From: an uncultured Gammaproteobacteria bacterium
GTDB taxonomy: Bacteria; Pseudomonadota; Gammaproteobacteria; JAURND01
Assembly: GCA_963714975.1 (NCBI GenBank)
Contig: CAVQQD010000002.1
Span: 832,001 to 896,000, forward strand
Direction of reading: 5' to 3'
Length of the DNA: 64,000 nucleotides
Shown piece after piece: positions 21,002 through 30,028 of this stretch. A program made the position numbers and the translations under genes. Each line of letters starts with the position of its first letter. The first letter of the stretch is position 1. The notes beneath the pieces were generated by a model, which was not told where the DNA came from, did no database searches, and was given only the letters and a program-made list of their open reading frames with translations.

Positions 21002-21304
21002 ATGGCTGAGAAAAAAAAGGCAGAGAGAAAAAGCAAGAATGATCTTGTGAATACCATTGCCGAAGCAAATGGTTTGACAAAATCGTTGGCAACTAAAATT
21101 CTTGACTCCACTTTTGAAACCATCCAAGACTGGGTAGCAAGTGGCAAAGAACTTAATATCATTGGATTTGGTACATTTACCTTCAGTAATCGAGAAGAGC
21201 GCACAGGTAAAAACCCTTTGACTGGAGCAATGATTACCATTGCTGCCTCTAGGTTACCAAAATTTAAAGCGGGTAAAGCATTTAAAGACGCAGTGAACAA
21301 GTAA
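21002..21304 (+). CDS. hupB: DNA-binding protein HU
   Basis: GFGTF...R.ERTGKNPLTG and PKFKAGKAFKDAVN motifs. hupB-tRNA-ppiD context. Confidence 0.9.
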   Translation: MAEKKKAERKSKNDLVNTIAEANGLTKSLATKILDSTFETIQDWVASGKELNIIGFGTFTFSNREERTGKNPLTGAMITIAASRLPKFKAGKAFKDAVNK

Positions 21305-21315
21305 GAACTATTTTA

Positions 21316-21433
21316 TAACTCGCCAGGCTGAGCTGTAGATTGCTTTTTTGAGAACCGTAGCGCAGCATACAATTTAGTATGTGAGCAACGGATCGCAAAA
21401 AATCAGCAAGATACAGCCAGCATAGGAGAGTTA
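21316..21433. repeat. ERIC/RPE-like palindromic MITE (family D)
   Basis: TA-bounded imperfect inverted ends (TAACTCGCC...GGAGAGTTA; GCTGTA/TACAGC) with core GCGCAGCATACAATTTAGTATGTGAGC. Confidence 0.7.
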
Positions 21434-21509
21434 GGGTGCTTAGCTCAGCTGGTAGAGCATCGCCCTTACAAGGCGAGGGTCGTAGGTTCGAGCCCTACAG
21501 CACCCACCA
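21434..21509 (+). tRNA. tRNA-Val (TAC)
   Basis: 76-nt cloverleaf, anticodon TAC, CCA end. Confidence 0.97.
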
Positions 21510-21525
21510 TATTTTATGCGGTTTT

Positions 21526-21602
21526 GGAGTGGTAGTTCAGCTGGTTAGAATACCGGCCTGTCACGCCGGGGGTCGCGGGTTCGAGTCCCGTCCACTCCGC
21601 CA
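21526..21602 (+). tRNA. tRNA-Asp (GTC)
   Basis: 77-nt cloverleaf, anticodon GTC, CCA end. Confidence 0.97.
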
Positions 21603-21697
21603 TTTGGCTTTCCAATAAAGACCAAAGGGTAACAAGACACAAATAAGGTCGTGAATTAATTTCCCGCCCACGCCATTTTCATTGAAGTGAATCAAAA

Positions 21698-23275
21698 ATG
21701 TTGCAAAATTTAAGGCAGCACGCCCAGGGTTGGATTGCAGGCATTATTGTAGCCATTCTTTGCCTGGCCTTTGCTTTATGGGGGGTTGAATATTACGTTA
21801 CCCAAAGTCAGACCACTTCAGCGGTCGCCAAGGTAAATGGTGTCAAAATTACTCAAGAAGAGTGGGATTCTGCTTATCGTCGCTTACGCCAACAACAAAA
21901 ACTGCCAGAAGAGTCAGGGGCGCTTAGTGAGGCGATGCAAAAACAGCTACAAACCGTGGCATTAAATAAATTAATTGCCCAGCAAGTATTGTCTGATGCG
22001 GCAACCCGAGAAGGATTTAGCATCAGTCCAGAACAATTGGGTTCCATCATCGCGCAAACTCCTGTCTTTCAAGAAAATGGTCAGTTTTCTCCGTGGCGCT
22101 ACCAACAACTGGTTAGACAGTTGTATCCTTCAGAACAAGAGTTTCTAGCGGCACTCAAGCAAGAAGCCTTAATTTGGCAACCTAAGATTGGCATAGAGAC
22201 CAGTGCTTTTGTACTGCCTGAAGAATTAGACCGGGTCCTGGCCTTGCTTTTGCAGAAGCGTAATTTTGCTTATCTGCTTATACCGGCTGCTGCTTTTTTA
22301 TCACAAGTTGCAGTTAATCCTGATGAAATTAAAGCTTATTATTCAGCTCACCAAGATCGTTTTTTAAGCCCGGAACAGCTGAGCTTGCAATATATTGAGC
22401 TGTCAGCTCCTGCACTCAGCAACGCAGCCAATGTCAACGAAAATGAAATTAATCAATATTATCAAGAACATGCGAGTGATTTTTCTGGAAAATCCGTAGC
22501 TCAAGTCCACGATGAAATTGCGAAAAATCTACGTCAACAAAAAACAGAACAATTACTGGTAGAAAAAACAGATCAATTAGCCAACCTAGCTTATACGAAC
22601 CCTGATACTTTAACGGCTGCGGCTCAAGCCACAGGATTACCGATAAAAACTACTGGCTTTTTTGCTCGAGGTGCACGAACAGGTATAATGGCTAATCCGA
22701 AGATTGTTATGGCGGCTTTTAGCGATACGGTATTAAAACAACGTAATAATAGCGATATTATTCCCCTGGATAATCAAAGCGTTATTGTGCTGCGAGTGGG
22801 TAGTTATAAACCGCCGCAACTACAGCCAATCGCGGAAGTAACCCCACTGATTCAAGAACAGTTGCAGAAGATTGCAGCCCAGAAAAAAGCCCAAGTTTTA
22901 GGCAATACTATTTTGACCGAGTTAAAACAAGGCGCTGCTTTAACTGCAGTAGCGGCAAAGCAACATGTCACTTGGAAAGAGGGGAATGGCATCATGCGCG
23001 ATCATCCTGCAGATGTGCCTGCCGACATTGTGCAATTTGGGTTTACCTTGGCAAAACCTACAGAAAAAATGCCCAGTTTTGCTGCAACAGCTTTAAGTAA
23101 TGGTGATTATGTTGTGGTAGCGTTACTTAAGATTGAAAATGCTGTTCCCAGTAACGTAGCTGCAGCAGAACGTCAACGCATCCGAGCGGATTTGGCTTCG
23201 CAGCAGGGCCAGCTCGATTATCTGCAATATGTCACAGCAGCTATGCACGAAGCCAAAATAAAGCAGTCCCGCTGA
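21698..23275 (+). CDS. ppiD: PpiD-like periplasmic chaperone (SurA N-domain; parvulin domain appears reduced)
   Basis: N-terminal TM ..FALWGVE.Y, VAKVNG.KI, FQENGQFS and PEQ...QYIEL motifs. Downstream of hupB. Confidence 0.85.
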   Translation: MLQNLRQHAQGWIAGIIVAILCLAFALWGVEYYVTQSQTTSAVAKVNGVKITQEEWDSAYRRLRQQQKLPEESGALSEAMQKQLQTVALNKLIAQQVLSDAATREGFSISPEQLGSIIAQTPVFQENGQFSPWRYQQLVRQLYPSEQEFLAALKQEALIWQPKIGIETSAFVLPEELDRVLALLLQKRNFAYLLIPAAAFLSQVAVNPDEIKAYYSAHQDRFLSPEQLSLQYIELSAPALSNAANVNENEINQYYQEHASDFSGKSVAQVHDEIAKNLRQQKTEQLLVEKTDQLANLAYTNPDTLTAAAQATGLPIKTTGFFARGARTGIMANPKIVMAAFSDTVLKQRNNSDIIPLDNQSVIVLRVGSYKPPQLQPIAEVTPLIQEQLQKIAAQKKAQVLGNTILTELKQGAALTAVAAKQHVTWKEGNGIMRDHPADVPADIVQFGFTLAKPTEKMPSFAATALSNGDYVVVALLKIENAVPSNVAAAERQRIRADLASQQGQLDYLQYVTAAMHEAKIKQSR

Positions 23276-23380
23276 TCTGGTCCCGCCCCTCCCCAGCGTG
23301 TTAAGGCACAAGCCTAACCTCCTGAAGAGCTACGAGCACAGCGGATTGTCCGCGCTAAATCCCTTCAGCGGAGAGCTGGA

Positions 23381-23638
23381 TCAAGCAATTTCAATACTCA
23401 GCGCATGGATTTCTTGGTCCATTAAGTGGCCTAGGGCTCGATAGATCAAGCGATGGCAGGCGACAGGGCTAAGAGAGGTAAATTGGGGAGAGGAGATAAC
23501 CAACTTAAAATGCCCGGCACCCCCACTAGCCCCTGCATGGCCAACATGAAATTGGCTCTGATCGATAATTTCTAATCGAGTAGGGGAGAGTGCCTGGAGT
23601 TGGTCTTGTATAGTCTTAATGCGTTGTTCTGGATTCAT
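23381..23638 (-). CDS. bolA: BolA family protein
   Basis: P..LEIID.S..H.GH.GA...GHF, S..F and HRLIY.AL...M..EIHALSI motifs. Confidence 0.92.
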   Translation of the reverse strand: MNPEQRIKTIQDQLQALSPTRLEIIDQSQFHVGHAGASGGAGHFKLVISSPQFTSLSPVACHRLIYRALGHLMDQEIHALSIEIA

Positions 23639-24177
23639 TTCGTTTCTCGCTGCGGTTTTAGGTATTTTGCCATATAAATTGCTTGAGCAATCAGGAAAAG
23701 CAAAGTCATTCCCATGGTGCCAAATAGCTTGAAATTGACCCAAGTTGAAGTGCTGAAGTTATATAACACATAAATGTTGAGCGCCCCCATCAAGGCAAAG
23801 AACCAAATCCAGCTTAAGTTTAAACGTCGCCAGACTAAAGTTGGTAAAGTCAATTTCCCATCCAAGAGCCTTTGAATTAAGGTTTTTTGTCCAATATAAC
23901 GACTTGTCAAGAAAAGTAACGCAAATACCCAATAAATAGCTGTGGGCTTCCATTTAATGAATAATTCATTATGCAATAATAGGGTAGACCCACCCAGCAA
24001 AATTACCATGGCTAAGGTGATCAGGTGCAGGCTTTCAAAGCGGCGATAGATCAGCCAATAAGCTGCGACTTGCACTAAAGAGGCTGCCATAGTGACTGCG
24101 GTAGCGATAAAAATGCCAAATAATTTAAAGGCAATAAAAAAGAGCAGAATGGGGAAGAAGTCAAAGAGAAGTTTCAT
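23635..24177 (-). CDS. yciB: Inner membrane septation protein A (YciB/IspZ)
   Basis: MKLLFDFFP, FIKWKPT and WVNFKLFG motifs. Confidence 0.95.
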   Translation of the reverse strand: MKLLFDFFPILLFFIAFKLFGIFIATAVTMAASLVQVAAYWLIYRRFESLHLITLAMVILLGGSTLLLHNELFIKWKPTAIYWVFALLFLTSRYIGQKTLIQRLLDGKLTLPTLVWRRLNLSWIWFFALMGALNIYVLYNFSTSTWVNFKLFGTMGMTLLFLIAQAIYMAKYLKPQRETK

Positions 24178-24250
24178 TAAAATATTTTCCAGCGTAAAAA
24201 GTTGCAATAAAACACTGCCAGATTATATCATAACCTGAGGAGATTGTCCC

Positions 24251-24871
24251 ATGACCCAAGTAATACAAATTCATCCCTTGCATCCCCAGCACAGGCTGAT
24301 CAACCAAGCCGTCGCCCTGATTCGCAAAGGCGGAGTGATTGCCTATCCTACGGATTCTACCTATGCGCTAGGGTGTCGGCTTGGTGATTCGCAAGCTACC
24401 GATCGGATCAAATCCTTACGTCAATTGCCCAAAAATCACCACTTTACATTGGTTTGTCAAAGCCTTTCAGAATTAAGTAGCTATGCCTATGTGAACAACT
24501 CAACGTTCCGTTTACTCAAGGCCCACACTCCAGGACCTTATACCTTCATTTTACCTGCTAGTTCCGAAGTCCCACGGCGTTTACAACACCCCAGGCGTAA
24601 AACCATAGGTCTGCGAGTACCGATAAATAACATTGCCCAAGAGATTTTAAAGGTATTAGGAGAGCCCTTAATGAGTGTCACATTAATGCTCCCTGGAGAA
24701 GAGTGGCCACTAGCCTATGCCGATGAAATTTATCAGCGCTTAGCTGGCAAGCTGGATTTAATTATTGATGGAGGCTCTTGTGGGACAGAATTCAGTACCG
24801 TCGTTGATCTAACAGAAGGTGCTCCTCGCTTGATTAGGGTCGGTAAGGGGGATGCAACTCCTTTCGAATAA
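24251..24871 (+). CDS. yciO: Sua5/YciO/YrdC family protein
   Basis: GGVIAYPTDS.YALGC, PGPYTFIL and RKTIGLRVP motifs. Confidence 0.9.
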   Translation: MTQVIQIHPLHPQHRLINQAVALIRKGGVIAYPTDSTYALGCRLGDSQATDRIKSLRQLPKNHHFTLVCQSLSELSSYAYVNNSTFRLLKAHTPGPYTFILPASSEVPRRLQHPRRKTIGLRVPINNIAQEILKVLGEPLMSVTLMLPGEEWPLAYADEIYQRLAGKLDLIIDGGSCGTEFSTVVDLTEGAPRLIRVGKGDATPFE

Positions 24872-24882
24872 ACTTAGCAATA

Positions 24883-25020
24883 AAGTCTCCGGCCTTTAGG
24901 CCGGAGTAAATTTAGGCCAGGAAGGGGTGGGTGTGCGTCCCTTCCTGGCCCGCGACTTCGAAATCCCGGCCTTCAGACCGGGGTGAGTCGCTTCCTTCCG
25001 CCCTAAAGGGTGGGGTTTCT
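24883..25020. mobile_element. Cluster of IS200/IS605-end-like hairpins without a transposase (family E)
   Basis: CTCCGGCC-TTTA-GGCCGGAG, GAAATCCCGGCCTTCAGACCGGGGTGAG and an inverted AGAAACCCCACCCTTTAGGGCGGAAGGAA, plus a 12-bp stem GGCCAGGAAGGG/CCCTTCCTGGCC. Confidence 0.55.
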
Positions 25021-25039
25021 GACCTCTAAGGAAATTGCG

Positions 25040-26017
25040 ATGAATAACATATATCCTTGGCAAGCAAAGCAGTGGCGACAAGCACTCACTTATGTGCAAG
25101 CTAATCGCTTACCATCAGGAGTATTATTAGTAGGACCCAAAGATATTGGTAAGACAACTTTTACTCAAGTATTTGCCAAACGTGTTTTATGTTCTACTCA
25201 AGAGGAATTTTCATGTGGGCTTTGTACCAGCTGTCAATTAATGCAGTCAGAAAGCCACCCAGATTTTATTGCACTTCAACCGGCAGCAGAAGGAAAAGTA
25301 ATTTCTGTTGATCAGGTGCGAGAAGTCGTTGCTAGTGTCAATCAAACCGCGCAGCAAAGTGGCTGGCGTGTCGTTATTATAACGCCTAGCGAAGCAATGA
25401 CCGTCGCTGCGGCCAATGCATTATTAAAGACCTTGGAAGAACCTCCAGCAAAAGTATTGTTCTTATTGGTAAGCCACCAATCGGCTTTGCTTCCAGCAAC
25501 GATACGGAGTCGTTGCCAGAAAATTATTTTTTCTGTGCCTACTCAAGAAATGAGCGCTAATTGGTTACAACAGCAGCTTTCCCAATCTTTTTGGAGTAAA
25601 ATCCCTGAGCTATTAACTTTAGCAGAAGGACTGCCATTGCGGGCATTGCTTTGGAGTGAAGAACAGCGCTTCACGGCGCGTGAATTAGTGCTTGATCATT
25701 TTATTAGAATGAACACAGGGATAATCAGCCCGACTGAAGCGGCCGCAATGGGTACACCGCTGGAGTTGGCGCTTATATTCGACACTTTATGGTCAATTTT
25801 TGCCGATTTATTGCGTTTAAAAGCAAATCCAGGGGGGGGGTTATTAACAAATTCCCACCAATCACACGCTTTGAAGCTAATTAGTACTAAGCTATCTTAT
25901 GAAAAGCTATTCGAATGTTTAGATGTAATGACGGAAATAATGCATTATATTCAACGCAATATTAATCTCAATGTTCAGCTGCTTTTGGAAAAGCTGTATA
26001 TTGCCATTATTACCTAA
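25040..26017 (+). CDS. holB: DNA polymerase III delta prime subunit
   Basis: IYPWQ, C..C.SC...HPD, ANALLKTLEEPP and LLPATIRSRCQ motifs. Confidence 0.95.
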   Translation: MNNIYPWQAKQWRQALTYVQANRLPSGVLLVGPKDIGKTTFTQVFAKRVLCSTQEEFSCGLCTSCQLMQSESHPDFIALQPAAEGKVISVDQVREVVASVNQTAQQSGWRVVIITPSEAMTVAAANALLKTLEEPPAKVLFLLVSHQSALLPATIRSRCQKIIFSVPTQEMSANWLQQQLSQSFWSKIPELLTLAEGLPLRALLWSEEQRFTARELVLDHFIRMNTGIISPTEAAAMGTPLELALIFDTLWSIFADLLRLKANPGGGLLTNSHQSHALKLISTKLSYEKLFECLDVMTEIMHYIQRNINLNVQLLLEKLYIAIIT

Positions 26018-26025
26018 GGGATTTT

Positions 26026-26628
26026 ATGGATAGAATTGATGAAATTTTACATTATTGGTTTGGTCATATTGAACAAACTGCCTTACCCTCAGAACATCGA
26101 ACCAGAGTTTGGTTTAGCGGTGACCCAGGGGTTGATGCAGAGATCCGAGAAAAATTTTATGATGATTTTGTCAAAGCAGTTCATGGGGATTATGCAGAAT
26201 GGACGCATACTGCGCGTGGTTCTTTATCTTTGATTATTTTGTTTGATCAATTTTCTCGCCATATTTATCGAGGTACGGCACTAGCCTTAGATCAAGACCA
26301 GAAAGCTTTAGATGTGTGCTTGAAAGGGATTGATGCTAAACACGATCATATGCTCAGTTTAATTGAACGAGTTTTTTTCTACTTCCCTTTAATGCATACG
26401 GAAAATGCTGAAATGCAAGCTTTATCGTTGCGGGCCTATGATATGTTGCTGAACCTCTCTTTTTCTGAAACACGTCCCATGTTTGAGAAATTCTTAGAGC
26501 AGGCTACAACAAACCATGAAGTTATTTCGCGTTTTGGGCGATTCCCACAACTTAACGAGATACTTAACCGTACTTCTACGTTAGAAGAATTAGAGTATTT
26601 GAAAAGTAAACAAGATCACTCCCCCTGA
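26026..26628 (+). CDS. DUF924 family protein
   Basis: EIL.YWF, IIL.DQFSRHIYRG, ER.FFYFPLMH.E and RFGRFP..N.IL.R.ST.EE motifs. Confidence 0.88.
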   Translation: MDRIDEILHYWFGHIEQTALPSEHRTRVWFSGDPGVDAEIREKFYDDFVKAVHGDYAEWTHTARGSLSLIILFDQFSRHIYRGTALALDQDQKALDVCLKGIDAKHDHMLSLIERVFFYFPLMHTENAEMQALSLRAYDMLLNLSFSETRPMFEKFLEQATTNHEVISRFGRFPQLNEILNRTSTLEELEYLKSKQDHSP

Positions 26629-26683
26629 GCGGGGGAGCAATTATATAGTATCCAGCACAGGCCAGACGCAAGCAGCTACTTCA

Positions 26684-26866
26684 CTATTGTGATGCGCCAG
26701 TTGAATCTGTTGATTGAGTGGTGGTGGTAGAGGTTGTAGCAGCTGGTTGAGTAGAAGTAGCTGGTTGAGTAGTAGTGGTTTCACTTGTAGTTTCTTTTGG
26801 CTTGCAAGCGCTAATGCCAACTACTAATAATGATGCTGCAAATAAACCAACAATAATTTTTTGCAT
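26684..26866 (-). CDS. Small Thr-rich lipoprotein
   Basis: Signal peptide with lipobox ISAC, TQPA repeats and SD GGGAG. Confidence 0.7.
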   Translation of the reverse strand: MQKIIVGLFAASLLVVGISACKPKETTSETTTTQPATSTQPAATTSTTTTQSTDSTGASQ

Positions 26867-27154
26867 GATGTACTCCCTGGATTGTGTTGTTTGAGATTTT
26901 ACTTTTTTCCGCGCAAAGAAACAGTATCGCGTCTTTGACCCTGTGGATAGTAAGGGTCAGTTAGAGTAAAGTCAAGGGTTTCGCTAGCTTAAATACTCAT
27001 CATGCCGCAGTTCTTCAGGACTTTTTTCATTATCAAGAAGTCTAGGAAGTGAGAGTTTTATGACAAATAATCATTTTTCTTGTTGACTCTATCAAAAATT
27101 CCTGTACATTAACTTCTCGATTTTCAATATTCTTTGCACCTTATCAGGAAAATT

Positions 27155-28378
27155 ATGATTCACTTTCAAACGCTGGGTTTACCTCAGCAACTTATGTATT
27201 CTCTCGATCAAATGAAATTCATTCGACCAACACCTATTCAATCACAAGCAATTCCACTTGCACTGCAAGGAAAAGATATTTTAGGTTCCGCTCAAACGGG
27301 TACAGGTAAAACCGGGGCTTTTGGTATTCCTCTCATCACGCGTTTAATTAGCCATAAACATGGATCTGCTTTAGTGCTGACCCCAACTCGTGAGCTTGCC
27401 ACCCAAGTTATGCAAATGTTAAAACAGATGCTCGGTAAAAATAGTTCGATTAAAACCGCCCTAATTATTGGGGGGGAACCCATACTGAAGCAAATTCAAC
27501 AGCTTAAGGTAAAGCCACGTTTAATTATTGGCACCCCAGGGCGTATCAATGATCTTTTAGCGCGTGGTTCTTTGGTTTTAGGTGAGGCTGGTTTCTTAGT
27601 CTTGGACGAAACTGACCGTATGCTTGATATGGGTTTTGGTGTGCAGTTGGAGAAAATCTTTAAACATTTACCACAACAACGCCAAACTTTGATGTTTTCT
27701 GCAACATTGCCTGCGGGTATTGTGAAATTATCAGCTAAATATCTTAAAGATCCTGTGCGAGTATCCATAGGCTCTTCTATACAGCCTGCAACTAAAATTA
27801 AACAAGAAACTATTCGCACTTCAGATGCTGCAAAATACGATGAATTAGTGACTCAGTTACAGCAGCGTACAGGCTCTGTTTTGGTTTTTGTGAAAACAAA
27901 GCATGGTGCTGAAAAATTAGCCCTTAGATTACGCCGCGAAAATCACAGTGTGGATGCTCTCCATGGTGATTTGCGTCAAAATAAACGCGAACGGGTGATT
28001 AATGCATTTAGAGATCAAAAGCGTCCTCCTCGTATTTTGGTGGCAACTGATATTGCTGCGCGCGGCTTAGATATTCCTCATATTGAACACGTCGTGAATT
28101 ATGATTTGCCGCAATGTCCTGAAGATTATATTCATCGTATTGGACGTACAGGACGTGCTGGTGCTGAAGGTAATGCAGTTAGTTTAATTACTTCACAAGA
28201 TGCCGCAAAATGGAAAGCTATTCATAGAGTAATCAATCCAGGTGAAAAGATCACTGGTGACACATCAGATTTCAATCGATCCAATAGACGCGCTCGTCCT
28301 GCTGTCAAAAAAGCTCAAAAGCCAATCGGTAAAAAGCCATCCTCTGCACGGCGTCATGGAAAAAAACGGTCTTCATAA
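27155..28378 (+). CDS. DEAD-box RNA helicase (RhlE-like, DETD variant)
   Basis: AQTGTGKT, PTRELA, DETD, SAT, ARGLD and HRIGRTGR motifs plus a basic tail. Confidence 0.93.
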   Translation: MIHFQTLGLPQQLMYSLDQMKFIRPTPIQSQAIPLALQGKDILGSAQTGTGKTGAFGIPLITRLISHKHGSALVLTPTRELATQVMQMLKQMLGKNSSIKTALIIGGEPILKQIQQLKVKPRLIIGTPGRINDLLARGSLVLGEAGFLVLDETDRMLDMGFGVQLEKIFKHLPQQRQTLMFSATLPAGIVKLSAKYLKDPVRVSIGSSIQPATKIKQETIRTSDAAKYDELVTQLQQRTGSVLVFVKTKHGAEKLALRLRRENHSVDALHGDLRQNKRERVINAFRDQKRPPRILVATDIAARGLDIPHIEHVVNYDLPQCPEDYIHRIGRTGRAGAEGNAVSLITSQDAAKWKAIHRVINPGEKITGDTSDFNRSNRRARPAVKKAQKPIGKKPSSARRHGKKRSS

Positions 28379-28413
28379 TACAGTAGGCGTTCCTAAATGT
28401 TTGTGGAATAATA

Positions 28414-28448
28414 AGCTCTTTCGGTGGGAAGAGCTGCTGTTTTTTTTT
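28414..28448 (+). terminator. Probable intrinsic terminator
   Basis: AGCTCTTTC-GGTG-GGAAGAGCT followed by a T-run. Confidence 0.55.
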
Positions 28449-28468
28449 ATTAATGAGAGGAAGTTGCG

Positions 28469-29500
28469 ATGGATGATCAAAGAAAAAAAGCGTTAGATAT
28501 GGCGCGTAGCCAAATTGAGCGTCAATTTGGGAAAGGTTCTGTAATGCTCTTGGGTGAGGGCGGCATTGCAAAAGACATTGAATTTATTCCCACAGGCTCT
28601 CTAGGCTTAGATATTGCTTTAGGGATTGGTGGCTTACCCAAGGGACGGGTAGTAGAAATTTTTGGTCCTGAATCTTCGGGGAAAACTACTTTAGCTCTGC
28701 AAGTAATAGCCCAATCGCAAAAGCAAGGGGGTACCGCTGCTTTTGTAGATGCAGAACATGCATTAGATTCTCAATATGCACGCAAGCTCGGAGTTAATAT
28801 TGATGAGCTTTTAGTTTCCCAGCCGGATACAGGGGAACAAGCGCTTGAAATTACTGATATGTTGGTACGCTCAGGCGCCATCGATGTAATTGTCATTGAT
28901 TCCGTAGCAGCACTGACTCCAAAAGCAGAAATTGAAGGAGAAATGGGCGATCAGCATATGGGATTACAAGCTCGTTTAATGTCTCAAGCTTTACGTAAAC
29001 TCACAGCCAATATTAAGCGCTCTAATACTCTGGTCATCTTTATCAACCAAATTCGCATGAAAATTGGGGTTATGTTTGGTAACCCAGAAACCACAACAGG
29101 GGGCAATGCACTTAAATTCTATGCTTCAGTTCGTTTGGATATTCGACGCACAGGGGCTATTAAGCGAGGTGACGAAATCCTTGGCAATGAAACGCGAGTG
29201 AAAGTGGTCAAGAATAAAGTAGCGCCTCCCTTTCGACAAACTGATTTCGACATTTTCTATGGCCAAGGTATATCTCGTGAAGGAGAAATTCTTGATTTGG
29301 GTGTGTCCACAGGTTTGCTCGAAAAATCAGGTACTTGGTATAGTTATGGTGATAAGCGACTAGGCCAAGGCAGGGAAAACACCTGCCAGTTTTTGCGCGG
29401 TAATGCCGACATAGCGGCTGGGATTGAAGCTAAGATTCGAGCTAAACTCCTCCAACCTGCCACTCAGGTAGTTACGGAAGAGCTTGAGCCAGTTGAGTAG
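28469..29500 (+). CDS. recA: Recombinase RecA
   Basis: [43 protein letters not shown]. Confidence 0.99.
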   Translation: MDDQRKKALDMARSQIERQFGKGSVMLLGEGGIAKDIEFIPTGSLGLDIALGIGGLPKGRVVEIFGPESSGKTTLALQVIAQSQKQGGTAAFVDAEHALDSQYARKLGVNIDELLVSQPDTGEQALEITDMLVRSGAIDVIVIDSVAALTPKAEIEGEMGDQHMGLQARLMSQALRKLTANIKRSNTLVIFINQIRMKIGVMFGNPETTTGGNALKFYASVRLDIRRTGAIKRGDEILGNETRVKVVKNKVAPPFRQTDFDIFYGQGISREGEILDLGVSTGLLEKSGTWYSYGDKRLGQGRENTCQFLRGNADIAAGIEAKIRAKLLQPATQVVTEELEPVE

Positions 29501-29501
29501 T

Positions 29502-29610
29502 AAGCCCCTCTCCCCAACCTTCTCAAATCCCCCTCATCCGGCCTGCAGCCACCTTCTCCCACAAGGGGAGAAGGAATAATGCCGGGGGTTAATGGGGAGA
29601 GAGGGGGCTT
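29502..29610. repeat. Nested family B palindromic repeat overlapping the recX start
   Basis: Outer IR aagcccctctcccca/tggggagagagggggctt. Inner ccctcatccggc...accttctcccacaaggggagaagga is nearly identical to 55981-56026. Confidence 0.85.
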
Positions 29611-30028
29611 GGGATATTCATATGCTCTGCGCTTGTTGGCACGCCGAGAACACTCAGAGCATGAATTACGGCAAAAACTTTTGCGACGGAAGTTCCCCCT
29701 TGATGAAATTAAGCAAGTCATTAAAGAATTAGCAAGTCAAAATTGGCAAAGTGACACGCGTTTTGCCCAAGCTTATTTTAACAGTCGAGTCCAACAAGGC
29801 TTTGGACCCGTTAAAATTGCCTACGAATTACGGCAGCGGGGTATTGCGAATGACCTGATTAATCAAGTCATTATGCGTGATGAGGCATTTTGGCAGGAAC
29901 AACTAGATTGGGTGTGGGATAAAAAATATTCGACACGAGAAGAAGCATCACCCCAACAAATTCGGTTCCTATTATCACGAGGCTTTACTCAAGAGCACAT
30001 TAAGAAATTATTTTATGAAAAGCAATGA
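29579..30028 (+). CDS. recX: Regulatory protein RecX
   Basis: [33 protein letters not shown] and RFL.SRGF motifs. Confidence 0.93.
   Translation: MPGVNGERGGLGYSYALRLLARREHSEHELRQKLLRRKFPLDEIKQVIKELASQNWQSDTRFAQAYFNSRVQQGFGPVKIAYELRQRGIANDLINQVIMRDEAFWQEQLDWVWDKKYSTREEASPQQIRFLLSRGFTQEHIKKLFYEKQ

Noticed and set aside
21436-21618. 60-aa ORF
   Set aside because: Overlaps tRNA-Val and tRNA-Asp exactly.
28367-28460. LexA SOS box before recA
   Set aside because: No CTGT-N8-ACAG with correct spacing found.
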